Virus record (IMG/VR): IMGVR_UViG_3300045988_163663
Reading direction: 5' to 3' (one strand)
DNA length: 64,000 bases
From: a virus
Of the stretch, positions 39,720-49,520 are shown piece by piece. A program made the position numbers and the translations under genes. Each line of letters opens with the position of its first letter. Within the stretch, counting starts at the first letter, position 1. A model generated the notes under the pieces. That model saw nothing but the letters and a program-made list of their open reading frames with translations. It made no database searches and had not been told where the DNA came from.

Positions 39720-41363
39720 ATGACACCTTATGAAGCATTGACTGCACAAGATAAGGAATATATTACTGAATATATTGAAACATGGGGTGGCGTTAATTCC
39801 CCAATTAAACTCAAAGCATCTCTTGATTATATCCTTCGAGAATGGAATAAGAGTAAACAAACTCTATTTAATATTTTTGGCGAAAAGTTAATGTTGGAGA
39901 AGGAAATCCAGGTTGAAGATGGAGATAACAAAAAAGTAAGAGAAGTTAATGAGTATCTTTATAGCACTAATCCTGGTATCAATTTTATTACAAATCTTCG
40001 TAGATTATTTGAATCTGATACTACTTATTTTGAAAATACTTATGCAACAAGGCATGCAATATATAATTTAATTCAAGCTTATCAACTTTTTACTAATAGA
40101 GTTGTTAAAGGATTTACTTATCACAATAAAGATGGTAAAATAGTTAAAGTTCCAGAAGGAGCTAAGGTAATGAAAGTTCTTCAGAAAATGGCTAAAGAAT
40201 TTGATTTACCTGATTTTGAAATTTTTCGCAATCATATTTCACGTATTACTGAAGTACGTAAATCTAAAATTAAATTTACTTTGTCTATTCATCCCTTGGA
40301 TTATATGACTATGAGCGATAATGCAAATTGTTGGGAAAGTTGCATGAACTGGACTCAAGGACCGGGAAGTTATCGTGCTGGTACTATTGAAATGATGAAT
40401 AGTCCATTAGTTGTTGTAGCATATATTACTACTAAACCTTATTATCCAGCAAATACTTCTATTGAATGGACTTCCAAAAGTTGGAGAGAATTGATTATTG
40501 TTCATCCAAAAGCTATTTGTTCTGTAAAATCTTATCCTTATTACAATATTGCATTTGATAAAGCTCTTGTAAATTGGCTTGCTAATTTGGTTGAAGAAAA
40601 AACCGAATAGCGTTATAATAGAAAAAAGCCACAAGAAAGTTTAGATAGCTGTTCTTATATCGAAGCTTGGCAAGATAAAGAAGATAAGGATAATCGTTTC
40701 CTGTTGGATTTTGAAACAAATGAAATGTATAATGATTTTGGTAATACAGAAAATTATGGAATTTTTTCAATTAATCCACCAGACAATAAATATCGTACAT
40801 TCGCAATTAATTATTCTGGTTTAATGACTTGTATGTGTTGCGGCGAAAATGGTTATTGGTCTGATGACACTGAAATGGTAGTTTGTGAAGACTGTGATCC
40901 ACCTACTTATTGTTATTGTTGTGGCGAACGAGTTAATACAAATGATGCAATTGAAGTAGATGGTGAATGGGTTTGCGAAGATTGTTATAATGATTTACAT
41001 AGATGTTTATGCTGTGAGGATGCTCATTTTGATGAAGATTTCACTACTGTATTTGTTGGACATATTGACAATCAAACTATTAATATTGATTATGATGAGC
41101 ATTATATTTGTAATGAATGTCTTGCCAATAAAGAATATTTAAAGTATCTAGGAGATACTGATATTAGAGCTGAAACAATTCGATTGGATGGCGGTCCTTA
41201 TTATGGTAGGGTGGCTCTCTTAATTGAAGAAGATGATTTAAATGTAGAGGCTAAAAAGATAATTTCTAATGATCCTTATTCTACTATAATTACTGATTAT
41301 ACTTATGCTATTCGTCGTTATCCTGAGCGTTTTTATAGTTACAATAAGTCAATTGCGATTTAA
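39720..41363 (+). CDS. large HPLDY/SCMNW-family protein with zinc-ribbons (paralog B, TAG-containing)
   Basis: FTLSIHPLDYMTMSDNANCWESCMNWTQG; TAG at 40608 is in frame with downstream ORF 40704. Confidence 0.55.
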
Positions 41364-41434
41364 TTGAAATTTTTAAAATAAAATAATATAATATATACAT
41401 AAAATAAAGGAAAAATAAAAGGAGTTATTAAATT

Positions 41435-41830
41435 ATGGAAAAGAAGTTTACAAAGCGTGAGCTGTATGATGCTCTGATTGGCAAGCTGTGTGGTGAAGAG
41501 GTCGAAGTTGATGCACAGACTCTGGTTGATTTCTGTCAGACAGAGATTGATCGTATTGATCAGCGTAATGCCAAGGACCGTGAGAAGCGTGAAGCTAAGA
41601 AGGCTGAGCCTGATGTTGCACGTGAGAAGGTATTTGCCGCAGTTGATGAGCAGTTCCGCACTGCTGATGTAATTCACGATACCATTGATGATGAAGAGAT
41701 TACCCTTGGTAAGGTTCGTCATCGTCTGGCCGGTCTTGTCCGCGATGGTCTGGTGAAGAAGCAGGAGATGAAGGTCCCCGGTGGCGAGGGTGAAAAGACG
41801 CGGCACGCCATGTGCTACGCAAAGGCTTAA
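41435..41830 (+). CDS. hypothetical protein, paralog family X copy 3
   Basis: GC-richer island; architecture similar to 10279 and 13118. Confidence 0.45.
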   Translation: MEKKFTKRELYDALIGKLCGEEVEVDAQTLVDFCQTEIDRIDQRNAKDREKREAKKAEPDVAREKVFAAVDEQFRTADVIHDTIDDEEITLGKVRHRLAGLVRDGLVKKQEMKVPGGEGEKTRHAMCYAKA

Positions 41831-41997
41831 TAAATGAAGGGTCGGGAAACCGGCCTTTTTGTTTTGCCCTTTTAGGGTGCTGCTCCGGCCAAGGTCAAGC
41901 GTCTATACCGAACATCCAAATTGAAAAGCGTTTTAAGAATTTTTTTGACTAAATGCTAATAATATGGTAAAATAATATAAAAAAGGAGTAGATAAAA

Positions 41998-42825
41998 ATG
42001 AAAGTTTGTTTAAGACATAATCAAGAAGAACAATATCTCCAAAAGGCAGATTAGGTTGAGGTTAAATGGGCATATATTGACCAACTTCTTGATTTAGTAG
42101 AAAAATATCCTGATAAAGATTTTGTCATAGATGCTCCAAAAGGCAAACCAATGGATTGGAAAAGTATAGCCACTTGTAAGGCCGGCCTACATTAGGGTCA
42201 TACCTTTTATATCCGGCTACATGATTTAAATCCATTGCTTACATTACGCTGGATGGAGAAATACGATTTTAAATTTTTTTATAGTGAACCAGCAAAAACA
42301 TATTATGAGCTGTATAATCTAAAAAAATTAGGTGTATCATATGCTTATATTGATGCTCCTATTTTCTTTGATTTAAATGAAGTAAAAAAAATAGATATTC
42401 CATTAAGACTTGTGCCAAATCGGGCATATATTCAAGGGCATATTCCACAAATGAGTGGGTTACATGGCACTTGGGTTCGTCCGGAAAAACTTGATATTTA
42501 TGAACCATATTTTGATGTTTGTGAATTTGAAAATGATGGACCTACGCAAGAAAGAGCCTTCTACCGCATTTATTTTGAAGATAAGTCTTGGCCAAATGAC
42601 ATGAATTCATTAATTTTTGGACTTAATACTAATATTGATGATAGATTGGTGTATGAAGGTCTTGATGAAATGCGTCTTAATTGTAAACAAGTATGTGAAA
42701 CACCTAAGCCCTATTGTCAAATGTGTGATAAAGTATTATATTTTGAACGGGCCGGACGTCAATGGGCCAAGGAGTATATTGTCGAGCATGAGGGAGAAGA
42801 CCAGGAACGGATAAGCCCTAATTGA
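41998..42825 (+). CDS. hypothetical protein (TAG-containing)
   Basis: ATG 41998 with GGAG RBS; two in-frame TAG then in frame with listed ORF 42235. Confidence 0.4.
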
Positions 42826-42879
42826 TTATTTAATAAAATTATTATATAATATTTATATAATAATAGAAGGGAATAAGAA

Positions 42880-43878
42880 ATGGGTAAAAAAGTTTTAGTT
42901 CCTGATTTTACTGAAAATTGTAGAGGGCTTTTGGAAGGGCTATTTAAGATTAGTGAAGTAGGTCTTTTGAAAGCTCTTGGTGATTTTGTATCTAATAAAT
43001 ATTCTAATGTAGAAATTACAGAAGATTATGTATATGCTGAAGGTAATATTCCTGTTATGCTTATTGCACATGTAGATACTGTATTTAGACAGCCAATTCG
43101 TCAATTTACTTATAATGAGAAAAGAGCAGTTTATAAAGGCAAGGAAGGTCTTGGAGCAGACGATAGAGCAGGTGTTTTTGCGATTATTCAGATTTTACGC
43201 AAAAAGTATAGACCTTATGTTCTTTTTACAACAGATGAAGAAATGGGCGGCTATGGGGCACATGTATTTGTTGAAGCACATCCAGTAGCTCCAAATATTA
43301 AGTACATGATTGAGCTTGATAGAGCTGGTGAAAGAGATTGTGTCTTTTACGAGTGTGAAAATTTTACATTTGTAGATTATGTTGAAAGTTTTGGTTTTAG
43401 GCAAGCATTAGGCTCATTCACAGATATTAGTATTATTATGCCTGAATGGGAAATTGCCGGAGTAAATTTATCAGTTGGCTATCATCATGAACATACTCAA
43501 AATGAAGATTTACATATTAGAACATTGTATAATACAATTAATAAAGTATGTAAAATGCTCGATGATATTGAAAATGCAGATAAATATAAGTTTATTCCCA
43601 GTAAAGAATACCTTCAGTGGATTACATTAACTAATAAATATCATATGCCTTATGATTTTGATGATGATAAACTTCTTAATTGTAGTTTTTGTAATCAGTT
43701 GTATTATGAGTGGGAAGATTTCCCTCTTGATATTGATGGAGTAAAGGTTCATGTATGTCCTGAATGCTTGGCTCTTGACCCTAATATTCATCAATGTGAA
43801 AAATGTTATAATTTATTTTATTCAAATAATATGAAAGAAAGAGTATGTAATAAATGTCGAGTCCCTGTTGTAATTTAA
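42880..43878 (+). CDS. M42/M28-like metallopeptidase with C-terminal zinc-ribbons
   Basis: IAHVDTVF, GADDRAGV, TTDEEMGG metal-binding motifs; C-terminal CSFCN...CPEC...CEKC...CNKC. Confidence 0.5.
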   Translation: MGKKVLVPDFTENCRGLLEGLFKISEVGLLKALGDFVSNKYSNVEITEDYVYAEGNIPVMLIAHVDTVFRQPIRQFTYNEKRAVYKGKEGLGADDRAGVFAIIQILRKKYRPYVLFTTDEEMGGYGAHVFVEAHPVAPNIKYMIELDRAGERDCVFYECENFTFVDYVESFGFRQALGSFTDISIIMPEWEIAGVNLSVGYHHEHTQNEDLHIRTLYNTINKVCKMLDDIENADKYKFIPSKEYLQWITLTNKYHMPYDFDDDKLLNCSFCNQLYYEWEDFPLDIDGVKVHVCPECLALDPNIHQCEKCYNLFYSNNMKERVCNKCRVPVVI

Positions 43879-43958
43879 ATGAAATTAAAGAACAAGTAAA
43901 GAAGGTTATTGCCTATTCATAGGGGCTGGATATTAACCTTTTAAATATTGATAAATTA

Positions 43959-45280
43959 ATGAGCGATTGGGAAGAAAATAAATGTAAATTTTATAGTAGA
44001 CTTCCCGGCAATAAATTAATTTATCAAAGTCATACGCCTATTACAATGTCTATTTCAGAAGATGATAAAAAGGCTGAATTAGATTGTTTTATTGATAATA
44101 TTCGTTGGCGTTATAACTTATTTGAGTTAAAAAATTTTGTTGAAAATAATAGAGAAAATTTTTATAATAATATTTTAAGCGAAGATTATCCAATGGATAA
44201 TGGAACTATTATTCCAAAAGGAATGAAAATAATTAAAGCATTTAAATATTTTGTAGAAGATAAAGAAACTCTTACTGAAATACAAGATAAGGCAAGTATG
44301 CTTATTCAAAATACAAAAATTAATGGATATTTTTGTATGTCAGTTCATCCATTGGATTATCTTAGCCTAAGTGAAAACACACATAATTGGCGGTCATGCC
44401 ATGCACTTGATGGAGAATATCGTGCTGGTAATTTATCTTATATGACTGATAATTGTACAATTATATGTTATATTAAGAGCGAACATGACGCAGTTCTGCC
44501 CAGATTTCCAGATGATGTGCCGTGGGCAGATAAGAAGTGGCGTATGCTTCTTCATGTATCTAATGATGATACTATGATTATTTCAGGTCGTCACTATCCT
44601 TATGAAAGTAAAGGCTTACAAGATTTTGCACTTGAATTGTATGAAACATTTTTTGGGCAAGGATATAGTTTTACTGATTGGTGTCATGAAAAATATAATA
44701 CATTTACAGTAAATGATAAGATTATTTCTAATGATTGTCGTTTATTGCCTACTGGATATATTATGGCCCCAGATATTAAGATTATTATTGATCCAAAAAA
44801 TCCTTTACATTATAATGATCCTCTTCATTCTACTGTATATGATTATTGGTTTAGTATTGCTTATAGTGAACCTTATTGGCATGAAGAAGGCATTCCGCAA
44901 GATAAATTAATTCTTCCAAGAACTCGTACTACTACTAAAGTTAATATAGGACATGATGTAAAATGTTGTATTTGTGGTAAAAATGATTGTGTTTTAACAG
45001 ATACAATGCTTTGTATTGATTGCGAACTTAAATATGGTACAGAAGAAACAGAAGATTTTACTTTCTGTAGAGAATGTGGTAGACGTATCTATATTCCTGA
45101 AGCAATATCATTAGATGATGATGATGGTTATGTATGTCGCAATTGCGGAGACAATTATTAGATATGTGATAATTGTAATATGTATTATGATAAAAAAGAT
45201 TTAATTTATGATGAAGAAAACAATGCTTACTATTGTGAAGCTTGTTATGATGAAATTTTATTTGATAGGGAGAATGAATA
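43959..45280 (+). CDS. HPLDY-family protein with zinc-ribbons (paralog C)
   Basis: FCMSVHPLDYLSLSENTHNWRSCHALDGEYRAGNL; TAG at 45159 read through to TAA 45278. Confidence 0.5.
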
Positions 45281-45589
45281 ATGGCAAAAGGTAGTATTGC
45301 TAAAGATGCTGTTGTAGAAAAAATTGCAGAAGCATTTGGTGAAGATTTCCTTGGATCTTATGATAAAAAGTATTATGTGCGAGCTAAAGAAAATGGACAA
45401 TATATTCAGATTGCAATTAGTCTAACTTGTCCAAAAACGCCTGTTGAATCTTTTGGTTCTATGGATTTTGGTAATAATGAACTTAATTTTGAAGATGGAG
45501 CAACAATTCAGCCTGCGAAAAAGGCTACAGAAATTAGTCCAGAAGAAGAAGAAAATTTAAAAGCTTTAATTGAAAAGCTTGGTTTGTAA
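45281..45589 (+). CDS. hypothetical protein
   Basis: ORF 102 aa followed by hairpin terminator AGAGAAAGTCAAattGACTTTCTCT. Confidence 0.45.
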   Translation: MAKGSIAKDAVVEKIAEAFGEDFLGSYDKKYYVRAKENGQYIQIAISLTCPKTPVESFGSMDFGNNELNFEDGATIQPAKKATEISPEEEENLKALIEKLGL

Positions 45590-45696
45590 GAGAAAGTCAA
45601 ATTGACTTTCTCTTATTTTTATGTTATAATTATTTATATAGGGCATATTATATTAATTAAATAATTAAATTTCTTATATAAGAAAGGAATAAAAAT

Positions 45697-45978
45697 ATGA
45701 AGAAGATTATAATTCCTCAAGAAGAAGTAAATTATCTTTAGAAATTAAATTATGAAATTGAAGCTAGAAAAAATTTATGTCAATTTTTAATTAGACAAAA
45801 TATTAGAAATAAAGCTTTTGATGATTATCATAATGAGTATATAGAATTATTTGCTGAATATGAATTAGCTAAATTAGAATTAGAAAATAATTATATTAAA
45901 CCAGTAATTGGAAATCAAACTTGTAATTGGAATTTAGATTTTTAGACAAACGAGGTAAATATTGATGTTATTTCCTAA
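45697..45978 (+). CDS. small protein upstream of radical SAM gene (TAG-containing)
   Basis: 93 codons with 2 in-frame TAG; overlaps rSAM start by 14 nt. Confidence 0.4.
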
Positions 45979-47305
45979 GATAGTTAATATTCCTGAAGAA
46001 TTTTCTGATTTTATAAGTCGTTTATATTCTAATGATTGCTTAAATTCTTAGGCTGTATTTACATTAACTTTTTAGGTTACAGATGATTGTTGTCTAAATT
46101 GTGTTTATTGTTATCAAGGACATAAAGGAAAACATAAATTATCCTTTAATACAGCTAAATAGATGATTGATTAGATACTAACAAGAGACAGTAAAGTTAT
46201 TAATTATATTGACTCTTATAAAATACCAGGAGTAGTAATAGAATTTATAGGTGGAGAGCCATTTTTAGAAATTGAATTAATTGATTAGATTACTGATTAT
46301 TTTATTAATAAAATGATTGAATTGCGGCATCCTTGGGCCACTAAATATAAAATTTCAATTAGTTCTAATGGTATTTTATATTTTGAACCAAAAGTACAAG
46401 AGTATATTAAAAAAAATAATGAAAATTTAAGTTTATCAATTTCTATTGATGGAAATAAAAAATTACATGATGCTTGTAGAGTTTTCCCTGATGGTAGTGG
46501 TAGTTATGATAAAGCATTGTCCGCCGCATTACATTATAGCCATAATTATAACAAATGGATCGGGAGTAAAATGACTATCTCTCCATTTAATATAGATTAT
46601 TTATATGACGCTGTTTTAGAAATGATAAACAATGGTTATAGTCAAATCAATCTAAATTGTGTGTATGAAAAAGGTTGGGAACTTAACCATGCCACTACAT
46701 TATATTATTAGTTAAAAAAAATTGCTGATTATTTATTAAATAATGATTTGTGGGATAAAGTTTATTTATCTATTTTTTATATTAATGATGGAAGTAAAAA
46801 TTTATCTAATGATAATTGGTGCGGCGGGAATGGTCGTATGTTAGCCTTAAATTGGAAAGGTAAATATTATCCCTGTTTACGTTATATGGAAGATAGCATA
46901 AGTAATCAGCCAGAATATTATATTGGAGATATTTATTAGGGAATAGGCCAAGATAATTTAACCATCAATAGATTAAAAGATTTATCTGAAATAACAGTTA
47001 TTAGTCAATCTCCTCAAAAATGTTTAGATTGTGAAATTTCTGGAGGATGCTCTTGGTGTACAGCTTATAATTATCAAGAAACAGGTAATGTTAATAAAAG
47101 AGTTACTTATATTTGTGATATGCATTATGCTACAGTTCTAGCTTCTTTATATTATTTAAATTCTATTTTAAAAAAAATAAACTCGAATAAACGATTTAAA
47201 TTTAATGGAGATATGGAAAAAGCATTAAAAATTATCTCTTAGGATGAATATAATATAATAAAGGAGGCAATGACAAATGAAAATAGGCACGACAATAACT
47301 TCTGA
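45965..47305 (+). CDS. radical SAM / SPASM-domain peptide maturase (TAG-containing)
   Basis: DDCCLNCVYCYQ (CxxxCxxC), GGEPFLE, C-terminal CGGNG...C...CLDCEISGGCSWC SPASM-type Cys; 6 in-frame TAG; TGA at 47303. Confidence 0.65.
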
Positions 47306-47927
47306 TAGATTCAATGAATTAAAGAAAAAAATAAAGGCTGAATGTTTACGTCGTAAATATATAGGTAGTGTAAGTTCATATGGAGGGACTTCTTATGATT
47401 ATACTACTTAGCCTAATAATGGAAAAGTTATTTCAAAAGAACATATAACAAAACTGGTAGAACCTATGGCGGCAATAAATATTGAAAATCAGAATGAAAA
47501 TATAAATGTTATTAAAGATGATGATTTAAGTACATTAGAGGCAAAAATTACAGCTTATCAAGCTATGGGATTAACTGATTCGAATACTGGATGTTCAGCT
47601 TATTGCACTGGATTATGTTCTACTAGTTGTAGTGAAAGTTGTGGAGTACAATGTCAGGGAACTTGTTTAGGCAGTTGTAAGAATACTTGCCAAGGAGGCT
47701 GCCAAAACACTTGCAGAGGCGGATGTCGAAGCAGTTGTAGTGGCAGTTGTGATGGATGCAGTGGTTCTTGCTCAGGTGGATGCCAGACTGGGTGTAGCGG
47801 ATGCAGCGGTAGCTGTACAAGACATTGTGCTAACGATTGTACTGGATTGTGTGGAGGAAGTTGTTCTGGATTATGCACAAGTTGTACTGGCACATGTAGT
47901 GGAACTGGTAGGAATGAACCATTATAA
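47277..47927 (+). CDS. Cys-rich C-x3-C repeat protein (SCIFF/ranthipeptide-like)
   Basis: AAGGAGG RBS 8 nt upstream; about 30 Cys in CSAYCTGLCSTSCSESCGVQCQGTCLGSC... repeats; one in-frame TAG at 47409; alternative start 47466. Confidence 0.6.
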
Positions 47928-47973
47928 TTTAAAAACATTTATTGAAAATATATATAATTGTAAAATATATTAT

Positions 47974-48615
47974 ATGTATCTTATACAAAATAATATTTTA
48001 TTTTGTATAAGTGATTATAAAAATATAAACTTTCAAAAATATGATATGGATATTTAGATTTTATCTATTTATGAATATTTATTTCAAAAGTATATTTTAC
48101 ATAAAGATATATTAAAACAATATAAAGGTATAGAATTATATAAAATTATGGAAATTCAAGATAAAATTTTTATTAATAGATATAAATTATTATTGTAGAT
48201 TATTAATAATAATTATAATTTTGATAATTAGTTAATATACACTGATTTTAATAATTTTAATTTTGAACAAAATATTAGTTATATAAATTATTGTTTAAAA
48301 TTACTATTTAATAATTTTAAAAAAATAGATAAACAATTTTGGAAAATTTTAGATTAGATTTATTTTTTAATTAATGGTAAAACTAATTTATTTTTATTGT
48401 TGGGAAATTTTTATTTGAATAAAAGTAATTTATAGCAATTTACTGAAGAAATAAAAAAAATTCCTGGAATTAAAGAATAGCTCTCTTTTAGTTATACAGC
48501 TTTAAATTTAGCTATTGAAATTGATAAAGTTGCAGAAAATAAAAATTATCTTAATGAATTAATTGAAATTATTGATAATCATTCACAAGAAAAAATTTAT
48601 AAATTTGATATTTAA
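47974..48615 (+). CDS. AT-rich hypothetical protein (8 in-frame TAG)
   Basis: No TAA/TGA for 213 codons in roughly 20 percent GC sequence; only TAG interrupts. Confidence 0.45.
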
Positions 48616-48689
48616 TAAAAATTAATATATAATATATATACAAAATAAAGAAAATAAAGACTTTAACAGCAAAGAAATGGACAGTAAAT

Positions 48690-48733
48690 CCGTCGCGAAT
48701 GCTACGCAGGTTCGAATCCTGCCCTCCCCACCA
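48690..48733 (+). ncRNA. tRNA 3'-half-like element (T-arm, acceptor 3' strand, CCA) without upstream 5' half
   Basis: GCAGG-TTCGAAT-CCTGC CCTCCCC A CCA; GGCGGAGG 6 nt downstream; own upstream promoter motif. Confidence 0.35.
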
Positions 48734-48884
48734 CTATATGGCGGAGGTAGGGAAGCGGTTAAACCCAGCGGAACCAAACCAAATAAGTCTTGTTTGAATA
48801 AAATAATTATTTGATTTTTAATAAAAAATATTATATAATATTTATATGAAAAGAGAAAGGCTTTTACAGCAACTTAAACTTTTT

Positions 48885-48959
48885 TCCGTGGTCGAATAAC
48901 TGGATAATTCATCAGAGTTAATTCTGAAAATAAGGATTCAAATTCCTTCCTTGGAGCCA
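48885..48959 (+). tRNA. noncanonical tRNA (6-nt anticodon loop GTTAAT)
   Basis: Acceptor TCCGTGG/CCTTGGA (1 mismatch), D arm GAAT..ATTC, anticodon stem TCAGA/TCTGA, T arm AAGGA-TTCAAAT-TCCTT, GCCA end. Confidence 0.4.
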
Positions 48960-49050
48960 AGTATAAAAAGTCTTGGGTAAATTTCTTAATTTGAAAAAAT
49001 TAAAAAAATATAATATAATATATAAGTAATCAATAAGAAATTAAATAAAT

Positions 49051-49199
49051 GCTCTCGTAGCTCAATTGGTCAGAGCCGGCGACTTATCCAAAATTAGTTT
49101 AAATGGTAAAATAGTTTATGCGCAAGAAAGATGTAAGTTCAAATCTAACATTTTGGGCCAAATCGCCAGATGTGGGTTCAAATCCCGACGGGAGCACCA
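49051..49199 (+). tRNA. tRNA with about 80-nt insertion in anticodon loop
   Basis: GCTCTCG-TA-GCTCaattggtcaGAGC, anticodon stem GGCGA(49078)...TCGCC(49163), T arm and acceptor CGGGAGC-A-CCA. Confidence 0.5.
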
Positions 49200-49225
49200 T
49201 ATTCCAATAGAAAGGAATTAAAATA

Positions 49226-49465
49226 ATGAAGTTGACAAATATTAAGCAGGTTGAAGATTTTATTTCAGCAGTTAATCGTGCTCATAGTAATGTATGGCTG
49301 GTTAGTCCGCAGGGCGATAGATACAATATGAAATCTGCACTTTCACAGTATATTGCACTTGGTGCATTACTTGGTCAGCATGGCGATGAACTGGAACTTT
49401 TTTGTGATAGTAAGCAAGATGAAGGTTTATTTATTGAATTTTTTGTTCGTCATTCTGAAGTTTAA
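49226..49465 (+). CDS. hypothetical protein
   Basis: ORF 79 aa with GAAAGGAATTAAAATAATG leader. Confidence 0.45.
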   Translation: MKLTNIKQVEDFISAVNRAHSNVWLVSPQGDRYNMKSALSQYIALGALLGQHGDELELFCDSKQDEGLFIEFFVRHSEV

Positions 49466-49520
49466 TAAATTTGATTTTTAATAAAAATATTATTATATTA
49501 TATAGAGAGTGAGGGAAAGA

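Noticed and set aside
47654-48057. ORFs 47654-47938 (-) and 47740-48057 (+) overlapping the Cys-rich gene
   Set aside because: They are alternative-frame readings of the highly repetitive TGC/TGT/AGC/GGC codon run. The in-frame RBS-supported product is the Cys-rich protein at 47277-47927.
48690-48790. tmRNA (including permuted two-piece tmRNA) interpretation of the T-arm/CCA element followed by GGCGGAGG
   Set aside because: The acceptor lacks the G3:U70 alanine determinant. No tag-peptide reading frame or pseudoknot-like region is evident. The 5' strand pairing has a C-C mismatch. It is kept only as a possible permuted or half tRNA.
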